From the human T2T-CHM13v2.0 reference genome, Homo sapiens, in NCBI RefSeq assembly GCF_009914755.1, contig NC_060939.1: a DNA stretch of 64,000 bases. One strand, 5' to 3'. The translations under genes and the position numbers were made by a program. Positions 1-14,330 of the stretch are shown one piece after another. The number at the start of each line of letters is the position of its first letter. Within the stretch, counting starts at the first letter, position 1. The notes beneath the pieces are model-generated. The model searched no databases, was not told the DNA's origin, and worked only from the letters and a program-made list of their open reading frames with translations.

Positions 1-29
1 CACTTACTGAGTTTGGGTGCTGTGTATGC

Positions 30-220
30 TTGTATGCTTATCTCATTCAACCCTCCAACCAGATAAGGGTGACATTATTATTATCCCAGTTTCACAGATA
101 GGGAAACCGAGATGTTGAGAAGTTGAGCAAGTACCTTGCCCAGCGGCACACAGCTAGCAAGTGGTGAAGTTAGGATGCTGCAGGCTGGATTCCAGAGCTC
201 AGGTGCTGAATTACCATGCT
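30..220. mobile_element. MIR SINE fragment
   Basis: cccagtttcacagatagggaaaccgag...cttgcccagcggcacacagctag resembles the MIR core. Confidence 0.65.
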
Positions 221-689
221 GAATGCCATCCCAGTGATAGAAGGAGGTTAAAAGGCCTGGGAAGAAGCTGGACTAGGTGGATGGGAAAGGCCTTTGGAGA
301 CTATGAAATCTTGTACAGACACGAGTAATTTTTGGAAAGAGGCAAAGGTCCCAAGAGAGGTATAAAGTGGTATAGACCTCAGGGGCAAAATCAAGGAAGA
401 TGTCCAGGATGAGATGGCATTTGCTCTGGATGTGGATCTGTGCTCCTGGGGTAGGAGTGAGGGCTGTCCAGACTATGTGTGGGATGGTGGTGGGGTTTCC
501 TCCAGCCCTTCCCCATTGGCATGGGATGGCTCAGTAAGTTAATTGGCCCCTTAGCCCAAGTGAAGTGACCAGGACCACAGAAAGCTTTGGGCACCTAAAG
601 CTGGGGTCCTGACTGCAAAGAACATGATGGGTGGGGAGAACTGAGAGGGCACAGAAGGTTGGTAGCAGGTGGGGTGGAGGTGGCCAGAC

Positions 690-880
690 AGCCTGAGTTC
701 AAATCCTGATGTTCTCCCACACTCCAGTTATGAGGCCACAGACAAGCTACTCCACAGCTCTCTGCCTTAGTTTCTTCATCTGAAGAATGGGAATGATAAT
801 AATGGCATGTACTTCAGAAGCTTGTGTAAATATAACATGCTCATCTGTGTGAAATGTTCACTGTGATGCCTGGCACACAT
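690..880. mobile_element. MIR SINE fragment
   Basis: gagttcaaatcctg...tgccttagtttcttcatctgaagaatgggaatgataat. Confidence 0.65.
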
Positions 881-1364
881 ATTTCTGTCATTATAAGCCC
901 AGGATACCGATTGGTACCACTATCCAGAGAAGAATGGGGTTAGAACAAAGCAGACACACGTCTATTTCAACCTACTTTCCTGGTAAACCTAAATCTGGCA
1001 GAGATGAATGGCTTCGCAAAATAACACAGACTAGCCACCCCCTCTCCTCCAGCCTTGGTTTTGTTTTTGCCAATCATTAGATTTGCTTTTCAGGGAAAGG
1101 CAAGGAGAGTGGGAGGCAGAGGAGGCAGAGGCCAGTGGGCTGCCAGTTTTGTGAAACTGGGCTGATAGACTGTCACTGGTTTCTGAGTTATCACTCTTAT
1201 TTCTGACATCATCCTTGTGCAGCTCTGTTGGAATTTCTGAACTCTTGTGAATTAGCCTCCCCAGCCCCTTGTATACCATGGGTTTACTCTCCATTCTTAG
1301 AGGCGGGCACATTCTTGCAGAGAAAATGCAGATGGGGACAAAGTCCTTTCTTGAGCAGGTTAAT

Positions 1365-1449
1365 GGCAAAATAGAAGGATTTTGCCAGGTGGGCAAAATA
1401 GAAGAGTTTTGTAACGTGGGCAAAATAGAAGGATTTTGTCAGGTGGGCA
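1365..1449. repeat. 27-bp tandem repeat, 3 copies (GGCAAAATAGAAGGATTTTGYCAGGTG)
   Basis: Units at 1365, 1392 and 1419 read directly. Confidence 0.9.
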
Positions 1450-3339
1450 GGAGGGGAATAAGAGGAAAGAGAAACTAGTATGTACTGAGGCACCCCTTCA
1501 TAGGACCAGGCTTGGTGAAGAAGCTGGCATGTTCCCATCACACCAGCCCTGCAAGGAAAAGATTTGACTCCATTGTACAGATGTAGAAACTGGCCCAGAG
1601 CCACAGCTTGTCCATAGATATGGAAATCCCACCCAGATCTATTCAACACTAAGGGTCACCCTCTTCCTCTATAGTACGTGCAAGGGGTATAAGATTAAAA
1701 CAAGTGTCTTTACTGGTGCTTGAAAAATAACATTTTTGCATGCACTTTATCTGAGGAACTTCATTGACTTACAGCTGCAGGCTGGATTGACCTGACTTGG
1801 AAAAAGAACGCTCCATGGAAGGCATGGCAAATTCTGCTCATAGGCCACTATAATGCCTAGGAAGCAAAGTGCGGGGAAAGGTCAGTCCTGCCTTATTTCC
1901 AGGTGGAAGGCTGCAGTTTGTTGTCATCAGCAAATCAATCTCCATCAGGATATAGCTACTTGTAGTTATGTTTTACTATTGCACATTTGCTCAGTGGCTT
2001 TCTGTCCAGGGAGGAGGAAATAGGTCAGAAGCACAAGGAACTATTTCTGGGCCCTGGCCTTTGGGAAAGCAGCCTTGTCCTGTTTACATATCCTCTCTCC
2101 AGATTTGCACAACCTGACCACAGAAACGTCACCCTCTAAGCCCAGGTAAACAAGCAACTAAATAGTCTCCAGTCAGCCAATAGCTATTAAGAAACCAAGG
2201 GAGCCCAGAAGCCTATACGAAGCAACTTTGATAAACACAGAAGAAAACAGCAGCCCAAACCTCCTGACTTTGGGCTGCTGGAGCAAAGAGGTATTCCCAT
2301 CTTGGGATGGAGGCCACACAATGCAAGTTCTGAGCCCCTCTCTAGCTTGACCCTTGGAGCAGTCACCCCTTGTAGTACCCATCCAGTTATACCACCAAAC
2401 TGAGGTAGAGAGGGCACGAGGAAGAAGGGAGTCTCTTATTCAGCAATGAGTCTGGATGAATCAGGTCTCCCTTAGAAAACAAAACTGGAAGAAGGGGCCT
2501 GTGTCTGGACTTTTTTACATCACCTTCTTCAGAAAGTTGGTTCGGAATAGAATGTAGAATGATTCAGGAACATAATAGGGTAAAAGGCTATGAGGAGATG
2601 GTTTTTCTAAAGAGCCAGGCACTCCTCCAGGTCAGCTTGTGCCCAGGTAATCAAAGTGTGTTGGCAGAGGAGAGGGAGGGTGGTAGGGAGACGGAGTTAG
2701 AGATATGGAGAGACAGAGAGAGATAGAAAGGCAGAGAGGAGACAGATGGTAGATGAGGTGCATGCTTGCCGTATGGAGCCAGAAAAGGAAGTCATCACAC
2801 ATCTGAATGTGTGAATCCGAGACCAAAAAGCCTGGGTCCCTGTCAAACACTGGGTTTTTTCATGACCCTGAAGTCCCCAAATAAACCAGCCAGCTTCCCC
2901 CACTTCTCTATCAGCTATTTCAGAGACGCTACCAGTAGAATCTTACCTTCAGCCCTTATTGCCAATGCTGTTTTTGTTTATGGTAAGGAGAAAAATAACT
3001 CGTGTTTCTGTAGGGATCTGCAATAAGTGGGTAAAGCTGAGCTGTAGAATGGAGAGAATTTGAGAAGTGACCCACACCTCCACCAATAGCTGCAATGGAA
3101 GTGAGGCCTTTACCTCCTAGAATTGGAATGGTGGGGTTCAAATAAAATAATGTATGTGAACTTGTTGAGCCGAGCCCAGTCCCTTGGAGCCACATAAATG
3201 CATTTGTTCTTTCTCTATGGTAAATTTTGTCCTTTGGGGAAGGGAGGAAGAGGGAGGAAGTCACTTTCATATTGAGTTTTTTGAGACTGTCCCAGAAGCT
3301 TCATCACCTACCATTCACTCCTACCATCCTAATCCAAGG

Positions 3340-3870
3340 CCTGTCCCCCTATCTACTCTTGCCTTCCAGAGTTTATTCTCCATACAGCAGCCAGAGTGAT
3401 CTTTTTAAAAAACACAAATAGCATCTTGTCACTTCCCTCTTTAAAACCCTTCAAATGCCCCCATCACAGAGTAGACTTAAACCCTTTGCTATGGGTTATT
3501 AGGCCCTAACGTGTGTTGCATCCTCTGACTTCATCTATCATTCTTACTGTGGCCCACTCTGCTGCAGCCACACTGACCTTTCTGTTTCCGAGCTCACCAG
3601 ACTGTTCCCTCCTCAGGACTTTTATATTAGCTGTCCCCTTTGCCTAGAATACCGTCTGTTCTTGTCACTTGTCATAGAGGTCTTGTCTGATCACCCAAAC
3701 TAAATGAGTGCCCCCATCATTCTATTTCATTTGCTTCAGAGCAAATGGTAATGATACCAGTTCAACTGATCTTGTCTATCATTTGTTGACTTATTTGTTC
3801 CATTACTGAATCCCTAGTGCTAAGCAGAGCCTGGCACGTAGTCGACCTCTAATATTCATTGGATAAACGA
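3340..3870. mobile_element. L2 LINE 3' fragment
   Basis: cagccagagtgatcttttt...ctgcagccacactgacctt...gcagagcctggcacgtagt are L2-like motifs; limits approximate. Confidence 0.55.
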
Positions 3871-4869
3871 TCGTTTCAAATCCTAACAACAATCTTGTGA
3901 TGTCTGTGAGAAAACGGAGGTTCTGCCGGCTCAGGATGAGATTCCTGCTCTGTCTGAACGCGGGACTCGCTTTCCTTCCCAGGATACCTCGCTCCTTCCA
4001 CCGCGAGCGCAGCTCCCCTTCGCTCCCATCTTTCTCTCACACTTAACCCCTTTCTCCGGGAAAGTCAGGCCGTACTTCCAGTCCCTTCTCAGAGCCTGGT
4101 GTTGTGGCTCTCAAGCCCTCCCACATTTCGGGAACTCAGAAACGCCGCCCTTTTCCTGAAATGGACCCTCCGAGTACGCGCAACCCCTTCCCTAACCCCG
4201 GCTCAGGGGCAGAAGCAGGACCCGCACCGTCTATAGTAAAATAGGGTGGTCTCCTTAGCCCATCAGCTTAGCGCCCTCACTCCGCCCCCACTCCCTGGCT
4301 GGAGACCCTCAGGGCCGTTTAGGGGCCAGGAGGAGGTTCCAGGAGTCAAGGACATTGAGGACATCCAGGCCCAAACGGGATGGGCCAACTACGCGCAGCA
4401 GAACCTTTCTCCACCGGGCCCGCGTGTGCCCGCCGGTCGGCTTAGGCGGAGACACCCCACTTAGCGTCCCTCCCGCTCCCGCCCTCTCCTCCCGGCCCTG
4501 TCTGCGAAAGCTCGTCTTCCTCCCCGCCCAAGTTCCGGCGCCGCTCTTGCGGGAGCGTGCCGCATCACCCCGGGGGCCCCTACGCGAGGATCTCCGGGGC
4601 CGTTGGCAGCGCCTGGCACTTCTGAGCTCGGCGGACGAGAGCCTGCAGGTTTCCTCCAGTCAGGGACGGCGAAGGGCGGAAAGCGCAGGAGGAGGCAGTG
4701 TTAGGCCTTAGGCCGGGTGGGCCGGGTCAGGAGAGACGCGCCCATCTTTCGCCATCCGGGGTGCGCGAGGTCCTCTCGGGACCCGGCCGGCGACCCGTAG
4801 CTCGGGCACGCGCCTGTCGCATCCCGCAGGAAGGAGGGGTCCGGCCTGAGGCCCGGGGCGGCGTCCGCC

Positions 4870-4923
4870 ATGGAGATCCCCTCGGTCCAGGGCCGGCGCC
4901 TGGGACCTGGCGGGCGGCCCTGA
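4870..4923 (+). other. Upstream ORF MEIPSVQGRRLGPGGRP* in the FEM1B leader
   Basis: gccATGG strong Kozak context at 4870, TGA at 4921-4923; only a uORF if transcription starts upstream of 4870. Confidence 0.55.
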
Positions 4924-5075
4924 CCGCCTTCCTCCCTGCGCGGGCTGGGTCGCGGACGTGCCCTTCGCGGCACTCGGCCTCCTCTGCGTCTCCGCCTTCC
5001 CTGGGCCGCACTGCTGCCTGGGCGCGGCGGCGGCGACGGCGCCCTGTTGAATGGGCTGTGAGGGCCCAGGTTTAA

Positions 5076-5405
<330 letters not shown>

Positions 5406-8351
5406 TAGGTACATCCCAAGCCAGCCTCTCTCCGACGCGCGCGGACTCGTTAATTCACGGGCCCTCCCCTCCCTCACCCTCTCTTACCCTCTCTTCATGT
5501 AGGTACTCACTTCTCCCCTTTTTGTACCACCTCCTGCCCCACTAATGCCCACTTCATCTTCCAGAGCTAATAATCCATCCCATGTTTTGCTGCCCGTCCT
5601 CATCAGCCCCTACCCCTCATTCCCTCTGTGGGAAGATAACCACACCCTCGGCCTTGAAATCTAATAGTCGTCTTCTCTACTAGATAGTCTGTGAACAAGC
5701 CATTTGGAGGAGGTGGCTGCCTTTCCAGGTTTTACTTTTAGTGGAACTGGTGATGTAACTGATCAGAAATTAAGGAGGTCAGCGGTTAACATTGAAGAAC
5801 TCCGAAAGAGTTATTTGGGCATCCATTTTTACTCCCTTCAAGTGAGTGGTTCCGTAAAACCTTCAGTGGGCTGCTGGGCGTTAATGTCAAAATAAGCACC
5901 TAGAACCAGCAGCAGCTGCAGCATCATGAGGGATTGTCACGCAGCCAGACATCTCAAGACATGATTCTGATTCCTCCACGTTGCTCGGTGTAGATATATT
6001 GGCTACTAAGATGGCATTGGACCTGATGTGGGAGATGATGCCATTCTTAAATTACATCTTATCCCGTGATGTTGTGGGGAAGCTTGATCATTTACTGTTA
6101 GTTGAGGTGGGAAGTTTAAAAATGCACATTGTTATGCCTAAGATTTGCCCTTTGAGTTTAATTGTACGAATTTTTGGGTATTTGACCAGAATTGTCAGGT
6201 TTGACATTATCCTCTTTTCTATGCTGGAGGATTATAACACGTTTTACAGATTACAACTGTATAACGATTTTGCTACATATGTTTTGGTTGACTTGTGGTA
6301 GTACATAAGCTATTTTAGCATTTTTTTTTTCTTTTGAAGTCAGTAGGGTCTGAGCATAAAAATATATATCTTTAGTTTTTGGTGATTAGAAACTGCCTGG
6401 CTAAAACTCGACTGAAAAAAACATTTCTTCTTTAAGATGACTAGGGAAATGTTCTGTTTCGGTTGATTCTTTTTTAGGTTTAAACAATAAAAGCTTTTTC
6501 TTCTATTTTAGATGAGTGGAAAATATTCATAGCATTACATCTTAATGAAATGGTAGCCCATGGGCAATGGCTTATATCACGGGTATCACCATTATACACA
6601 TTAAGGAGATGTTTTTTTTCATGTTGACCAAAGATGGCAACCTGATTCATGTTTGCTTTTCCTTACTGGCTTTCGTGTCTTCTCTGTAACTCCTTGCATT
6701 CCCGCACCTAGAGAAGGAGTGAAGCACAGTGACCTCTGAACCTCCAGTACCGTTCCACCTGTATAGGCATATGAAGTCATTGAGATATGAATTTCTGTAA
6801 TAACAGCTGCTTGGGAATACTGCTGCTGAGGCAATGTGCATAAGGGAGAATAGTGGGGAGAAAAAAGAGTTAAGAATTTCGAAAGGTTTTGCTTATTGCC
6901 ATCTTTTTCAGTCGTCAAAGAGATGTTTTGAGGTGGCAATTAAAAGAACCTGAAATGACTAGAAATGTAGCATTGAGCCTGTGTAGTGGCTTATCTTGCC
7001 CAATGTTCTGTACTGGCCAGAGAAATTAATGAGTTCGGTAAGTAAACATTTATTGAACACCTACTGCGTGCTAGGTTCTGTGGTAGGGATTGGATATGCA
7101 GAGATGAATAACATACTCTTTTGTCTTGGAGGATGTCAGTCTGGGTGGGGGGAGAGAAATTAATAACACAAATGAGTATTTGCAGATGCCATGCCATTTA
7201 GGGTTGTAGAAATCATTTGGACTACTGAGAGAAAACAGGGAAAGGAAGTGCTGTTTTATCCGGGGGGAATCTAGAAAGGCTTCACAGAGGAGGTGACGTT
7301 CGAGCTGTGTTTTAAAGAATAGTAGTAGGACATGAAGAAGAGGGGCAGCAGCTTGGTGCCCTTGCAGTGACTAGTGTTTCAGTGCTGTTGCAAGAAGGGA
7401 TTCAAGTTGGGGCAATTAAGAAAGAGATTGTGGGAGACTGGAGAGAGCTGGAGCCCAGATTTTGGTGATCCCTGTATAAAGTACTAAGAGTAAGACTGGT
7501 TAAACTGCAATCTCAAATGTTTCCATCATTTAAGATTTCATCTCCTTGATTCTGTATATCAGTTTAGCTTATGGATTATTACAATTATGAATTTATTAGC
7601 TGCTATGTAAAAATAGTCCTTATTAAATGCTTGTGATGGGCCTAGCCTGTGTCATGTTCTGGAGGAAATGTAAGGTACAGGAAATCTAAGGTTTCTACTT
7701 TTGAGAAGCTTACAAATTAATTAATAAAAGAGATATTGAAGTTCCTGGTACTCTCTGTGCATTCACACCTTCTGTGAGATTATTTTGCAGTTTATCCCAG
7801 TCATTTTAGGATTTTAGAACCAAAAAAGAGTGTGATGATTTCACTTTGCATTTGTTTCAGACATTGTGAAAATGTTAGCCTGAGTACATTAACAATAGAA
7901 AGCTGACTTGACCCTTGGGGGCTGACCTTTGAAAAACACATAGCCAGCACTTGAGACACATGGCCATATAGGGATTAACAGCTGTGTGCTGAAGTAGATT
8001 AGTGTTTCTAATTTTTAGTCATTCACGTGCTAGCTTCATAATTTTTGGCCAAATTGTTCACTAACCTGCTGTTTACTTAATAAATATCTTTTCTTTAAAT
8101 TGTCTGTTATTTGCTTGATAGTTGTCTTCAGAATGTTTTACTTCTTAGCTTCATCCCGTGTAATTATGGGTTTGCTGTGTGTTTTGTGTGTGTGCGTGAG
8201 AAAGACATACATTAAAATAAATATTACAAAAGTTTTAAAAAGTCTATTCTACCTAAAACCTTCTATAATACCTTAGGAAACTAAAGTGGATTCATGATAG
8301 AGCCTCGAGGGGAAAGGGACCACCCACCTAGATTAAGCCATTGATATTTGA

Positions 8352-8652
<301 letters not shown>

Positions 8653-10117
8653 TCTTGTTCACATTTTTAGGAGTAACATTTGAGATTATTTTACTTGTGG
8701 CGTGACATGTGAATACCATGTTGATATAGATGAGTGGACAAGAAGAAAAGTCACATGAGTGGGAATGAAAGAAGATCCCTTAGTTGAATAATGGGAAGCT
8801 GTTTGTTAAGAATGTTATAAAAAGGGAACAGAACAAGGGGGAGGTGTCATGTGACCATGAAACATTGTGCTGGCCTGAGTTCTGAGGGTCTGACTGCTCT
8901 CTGCCAGAGTTTGTGGAGACCACCTGTCCTTGAAGGGGTTTGCTGATGTGGATGGGGAGAATAGGACCTCCGAGAATTTTGAGGCTTTTTGTTGAGTGTT
9001 CTTTTAAAGTCAGTGCTAGTACTAATACTTCTGATAAATGTTGAGGCGGAGGAAAGGCATGAGGGGCATGCCAGTATTTGACTTCATTTAGAAAGTCGTT
9101 GGCAATATATATTTCAAGGGATTACATTTCATGTAATACATGATTTTTAAGGACTTTGGTTAAAATAAAGTGTGGATCATTTATATTTAATGAATTTTTA
9201 TTTCCCTTTCAAATGCTTGAACCAGGCATTTCCATTTCAGATTGAACCAGGTAATAGATGAGCTCAGCCTTGTGATCAGAAATGTTATCTCTTATTGTGA
9301 AAAGTTTCCATCATCTGATGGATACTATTTGTTTGAAAAGGTGAATATCAGATTATAGTTTCTTGATTTGAAGATGAATACATAATAGAGAACTTGCATT
9401 GTAATTTTGGACTGGGCCTAGAAAGATCATTGCTTTATAGTGCTTCTCCTTTAGGAACTTAGTAAATACTGCATTAATTTTATTTTATCTTTAATTTCTG
9501 TTAAATGTATTTGGTATTTTGTTTTGAGGCAGTATAGTCTTACAATTTTAGCTAGATTTTATAGATGGAGGAATGTCATAAATGTTAGTATTGTAATTCT
9601 CTTTAATCTGTTTAATATTTTGATTTAGATGTAGAAATTCTAAATTTACCAAGGCTAATGTTTCTGAAGGACCAGTCTTGTGAAACATTCTGCATTGAAT
9701 TCTTTTGTCATAGAATATCTTTAAAATTTTTAATTGCCTCAATAGAAATAGGTAATTGGAACTTTTTTGAGGCTCCTGTCAAATGACTGTAGCTCAAGGG
9801 AAAAAAATGGAAATTATTAGACTATACCAGGAAAAATATTAAACTGACCAAGTAGTTTCCATTATAAAAACCAAGTGAATACTTGTAATTTAATTTTTAC
9901 TCTTACATCATAGATTCTGAGAAGTTTGAGATCAGAAAAATATTTTAATCACTTTTTGTCTCTTTTCATCTCTAAAATGAGGGTAATGCTTTTCCTATAG
10001 GTTTATTGCTAGGGTTAAAGATAATGTGACTGCCTATTTTAATCTAACATTTCTTGAGTTTGAAGTAGTTTAGATTCCTGTTTCCTGGCATATAATAATT
10101 ATATGTTTTAAAAACCA

Positions 10118-10415
10118 GGCCAGTTGCAGTGGCTCACACCTGTAATCCCAGCACTTTGGGAGGCCTAGGTGGGGATATCATTTGAGCTCAGGAATTTGAG
10201 ACCATCCTGGGCAACATAGTGAGACCTCATCTCTACCTAAAAAAAAAAAAAAAAAAAAGGTAGTATGCAGGAGGCTGAGGTGGATGGATCCCTTGAGCCT
10301 GGGAGATCTAGGCAGCAGTGAGCAGTGGTTGTGCCACTGCCATGAGCAGTGATTGTGCCACTGTACTTAGCCGGTACAACAGAGCAAGACCCTGTTTCAA
10401 AACAAAACAAAACAA
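10118..10415 (+). mobile_element. AluJ-like element with long middle poly(A) and an internal 24-bp duplication
   Basis: Alu consensus match, (CAAAA)n tail. Confidence 0.9.
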
Positions 10416-10599
10416 ATCCAGTGGAAGGAAACATTGTAACTATGTAATTGTTACTATGTATTAACTTTGTATTTTTTTATTATATTAATCAGTTTGGAAA
10501 CGTTCTTTAAATTGAAACAAATGTTTGAACAATGATGTGTACTATGTTTCCTTACGTTTGATGCATTTTATGGTATTCCAAGTACTTTTGTATTTTTAA

Positions 10600-10941
<342 letters not shown>

Positions 10942-11441
10942 TAATAGTTAATATTATAACTATAATATAATAGTATAATAGGGCATAATAATAGTACCTA
11001 CCTCACAGGATTATTGTGAAGATTAAGTGAGATATTTTGCATATTCAGCAGTGAATACAGTGCTTGGCACTGTATTTGGTATAAATTACCAAAGTAATTT
11101 GGTATAAATTACTTGAATTGAAATTACTTGAAATTGAAATTACTTGAAATGAAAGTATTTGGTATAAATTACTCGTATTCATTTAAACTATTTTTCTTTG
11201 AAGTCATTTGTGCCTATTTTTGTTTTTAATTATATCTGTTTTTTTAGTGGAGGTATATCATATCTAGTAAAGTACATGAATCTTGTGTACAATACTGTAC
11301 AATGAATTTTTAATATGTTTACATCCATCTAGTCACTCTCTAGATCAATGTGTAGAACACTTTATCACTCTAAAAGTTTCCCTTGTGCCCCTTCTCAGTT
11401 TCCTCCCTTTCCTTGCCAGAGGTAATGATTATTTTGACTTC

Positions 11442-11786
11442 TGATAGGGTTTGGCTATGTCCCACCCAAATCTTATCTTGAATTCCCACGTGTTGTGGGA
11501 GGGACCTGGTGGGAGGCAACTGAATCATGGAAGCAGGTCTTTCCCGTGCTGTTCTCTTGATAGTAAGTGTCACGGGATCTGATGATTGTAAGGGGGAGAT
11601 TCCCTGCACAAGCTCACTTTGCCTGCTGCCATCCATGTAAGATGTGACTTGCTGCTCCTTGCCTTCTGCCATGATTGTGAAGCCTCCCCACCCATGTGGA
11701 ACTGTAAGTCCAGTAAACCTCTTTCTTTTGTAAGTTGCCCAGTTTCGGGTATGCCTTTATCAGCAGCGTGAAAATGGACTAATACA
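11442..11786 (+). mobile_element. THE1 (MaLR) solo LTR
   Basis: TGATAGGGTTTGGCT start and GGACTAATACA end; 5-bp TSD acttc/gcttc. Confidence 0.9.
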
Positions 11787-12417
11787 GCTTCTGTCACCAC
11801 AGATTAGTTTTGCCTGTACTTGAACTTCCTATAAGCAGAATTATGTAGTATGTACTCTTTTTGTTTGGCTTTTTTCGCTTAACACAGTGTCTTTGAGATT
11901 CATCCATGTACTTGCATGTATCAGTAGTTTCTTTTTTTAATGATGTGTGGTATTCCGTTGCATAAATATACTACAGTTTATCCATTTCCTATTAATTAAT
12001 ATTTTGGTTGTTTCCAGTGTTTGACTGTTATGAATAAAACTGCAGTGAACATTTGTGTATGTTGTTTGGTGGACATTTGCATTTAGTTATCTGGTATATA
12101 TCAAGGAGTGGAATTGCTGGGTCATCAGGTAGGTGTATGTTTAACTAACAGATATTGCCAAATAGTTTCCCCAAAGTTCAACAACCAAATTACATTCCTA
12201 CTTGCAGTTTCCACCAGCAATGAGAATGTCAGTTGCCACATCTTGCTCAACACTTATTATTGCCCTGTCAGTCTTGTTAAATTTAGCTATTCTGCTGGGT
12301 GTGTATATTGGTAAACTGGTTTTAATTTGCATTTCCCTGTTAACTAATTATCTTGAGCATCTTTTCATATGCTTATGGGCCATTTGGATATCTTTTGTGA
12401 AGTATACTTGTTCAGTC

Positions 12418-12558
12418 TTTTTTTTTTTTTCTTAAATTGAGTAGAGACAGGATCTTGCTGTGTCGCGCAGGCTGGTCTTGAACTCTTAGGTTCAAACAGT
12501 CCTCTTCTTAGCCCCCCCGCAGTGCTGGGATTACAGGTGTGAGCCACTGCACCTGGCC
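12418..12558 (-). mobile_element. Alu monomer (FLAM-like)
   Basis: Left-arm sequence plus poly(T). Confidence 0.8.
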
Positions 12559-13615
12559 ACTTAATCGCTTTGTTTATAATGTTTTTTGATGAATGGAAGT
12601 TCTGGTTTTAATGAAATCCAATAAATACTTTCTTTTTCTTTAACGGTTAATGCTTTTTTTTTTTTTTGGTATTCTGTTCCAGAAATTGTGATCAACACTA
12701 AATTCATTAAGAATAGGCTATGGCTTTTTTTTTATTTTGAGAAGCTTTTCACACTATAGGTCTATACTGTGTCTCTAATTTTTGTATGTACTGTGAGGTA
12801 GGAATCAAGGTTAATTATTTTCCATATAGATTATCTTGTTGCTCCATAACTATTTATTAAAAAGACCATGTTTTCTACCTGAATTTCACTGGAGCCTTTG
12901 TCAGAAATCAAGGGATTCTGTATGTGTGAATCTATTTCTGGAGTTTTTTTTTTTTTTGGTCTGTTGATAATATTATTCTGTCCCCGTGCCAGCACTTATT
13001 TTAATTACTGTAGTTTGTCCTCTAACTTTATTTTTCTTGAAGATTATCTTGGTTGTTTGCATTTCCATATTCTTTTTTGAATTGGCCTGTCAGTTCTTTC
13101 TTTCTCTCCTTCCCATTTTAGAGAGAGGTTCTCGCACTGTTGCTCAGGCAAGAGTGCAGTGGCCTGATCATGGCTCATTGTAGCCTCGACCTCTTGGACT
13201 CACACACACACACACACACACATATACCACACAACCTGCTAGGATTTTCATTTGGTTTATATCGAATCTATAGATCATTTTGAGGGAGAATCGACATCTT
13301 AACATTATAGAGTCTTCTGGATCATGAACATGGAATATTTTCCCATTTATTTAGATTTACTTATCTCAGGAGTGTTTTGTAGTTTTCAGTGTAGAAGTCT
13401 TGTGCATTTTTCATTAGATTTATTACTATTTATTGGTATTTTCTGATGCTGTTGCAAGTGTTATTTTTTGACAATAAATAAATGTTTATTGAACTTTACA
13501 TAATCATGACAATAAAAACAAAAAAATAACAAAAGTGAATTTTAATTAAACTGAATTGTTTGCAAAACATATAGTTGGCATCACTGATGTAGTGTCTTAT
13601 TTTCTTGATTCATTC

Positions 13616-13925
<310 letters not shown>

Positions 13926-14330
13926 TAAAAAAAATCAATTAACAAATGCATTTTTAAAAATAAAAATTTGAAAAATAATTTTAGGAGGCTTCTGATCTTT
14001 TCTGAGGTATGTCTTACATACAGTAAAATGCAGAGGTCTTAAGTATGCAGTTTGGTGAGTTTTTTCCCTAAATATCCATGTGGCTGCTACCCAGATGAAA
14101 ATGTAGGACATTTCCAGTACCTTCAAGTCTCTTCCCAGCCAGTCCTAGCCTCTTCTCTGTAGGTAGCCACTGTTACTGAGAGGGCTTTTGTTTATAAACA
14201 TTTTGTGTCATTATTTGAAACTGAAGAAGTAATTGCTTAAATTATTATAAAATGAGTATTTTCAGTAGAAGTGATAAAGGGTATTGTTTTTTGTGGTGAT
14301 GTTAACTGGGGTTAAACCATGATATTTATA

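Larger units (their letters stand above)
11230..13450 (-). mobile_element. Old L1 (L1M-type) 3' region interrupted by a THE1 LTR, Alu monomers and (CA)n
   Basis: Typical antisense L1M 3' motifs (ttgagattcatccatg, gtggaattgctgggtc, tttaatttgcatttccctg); limits approximate. Confidence 0.65.

Noticed and set aside
1365-1449. 27-bp repeats, and the 40-bp pair at 32204, as a CRISPR-like array
   Set aside because: Units are directly adjacent with no unique spacers, there are no cas genes, and the DNA is primate
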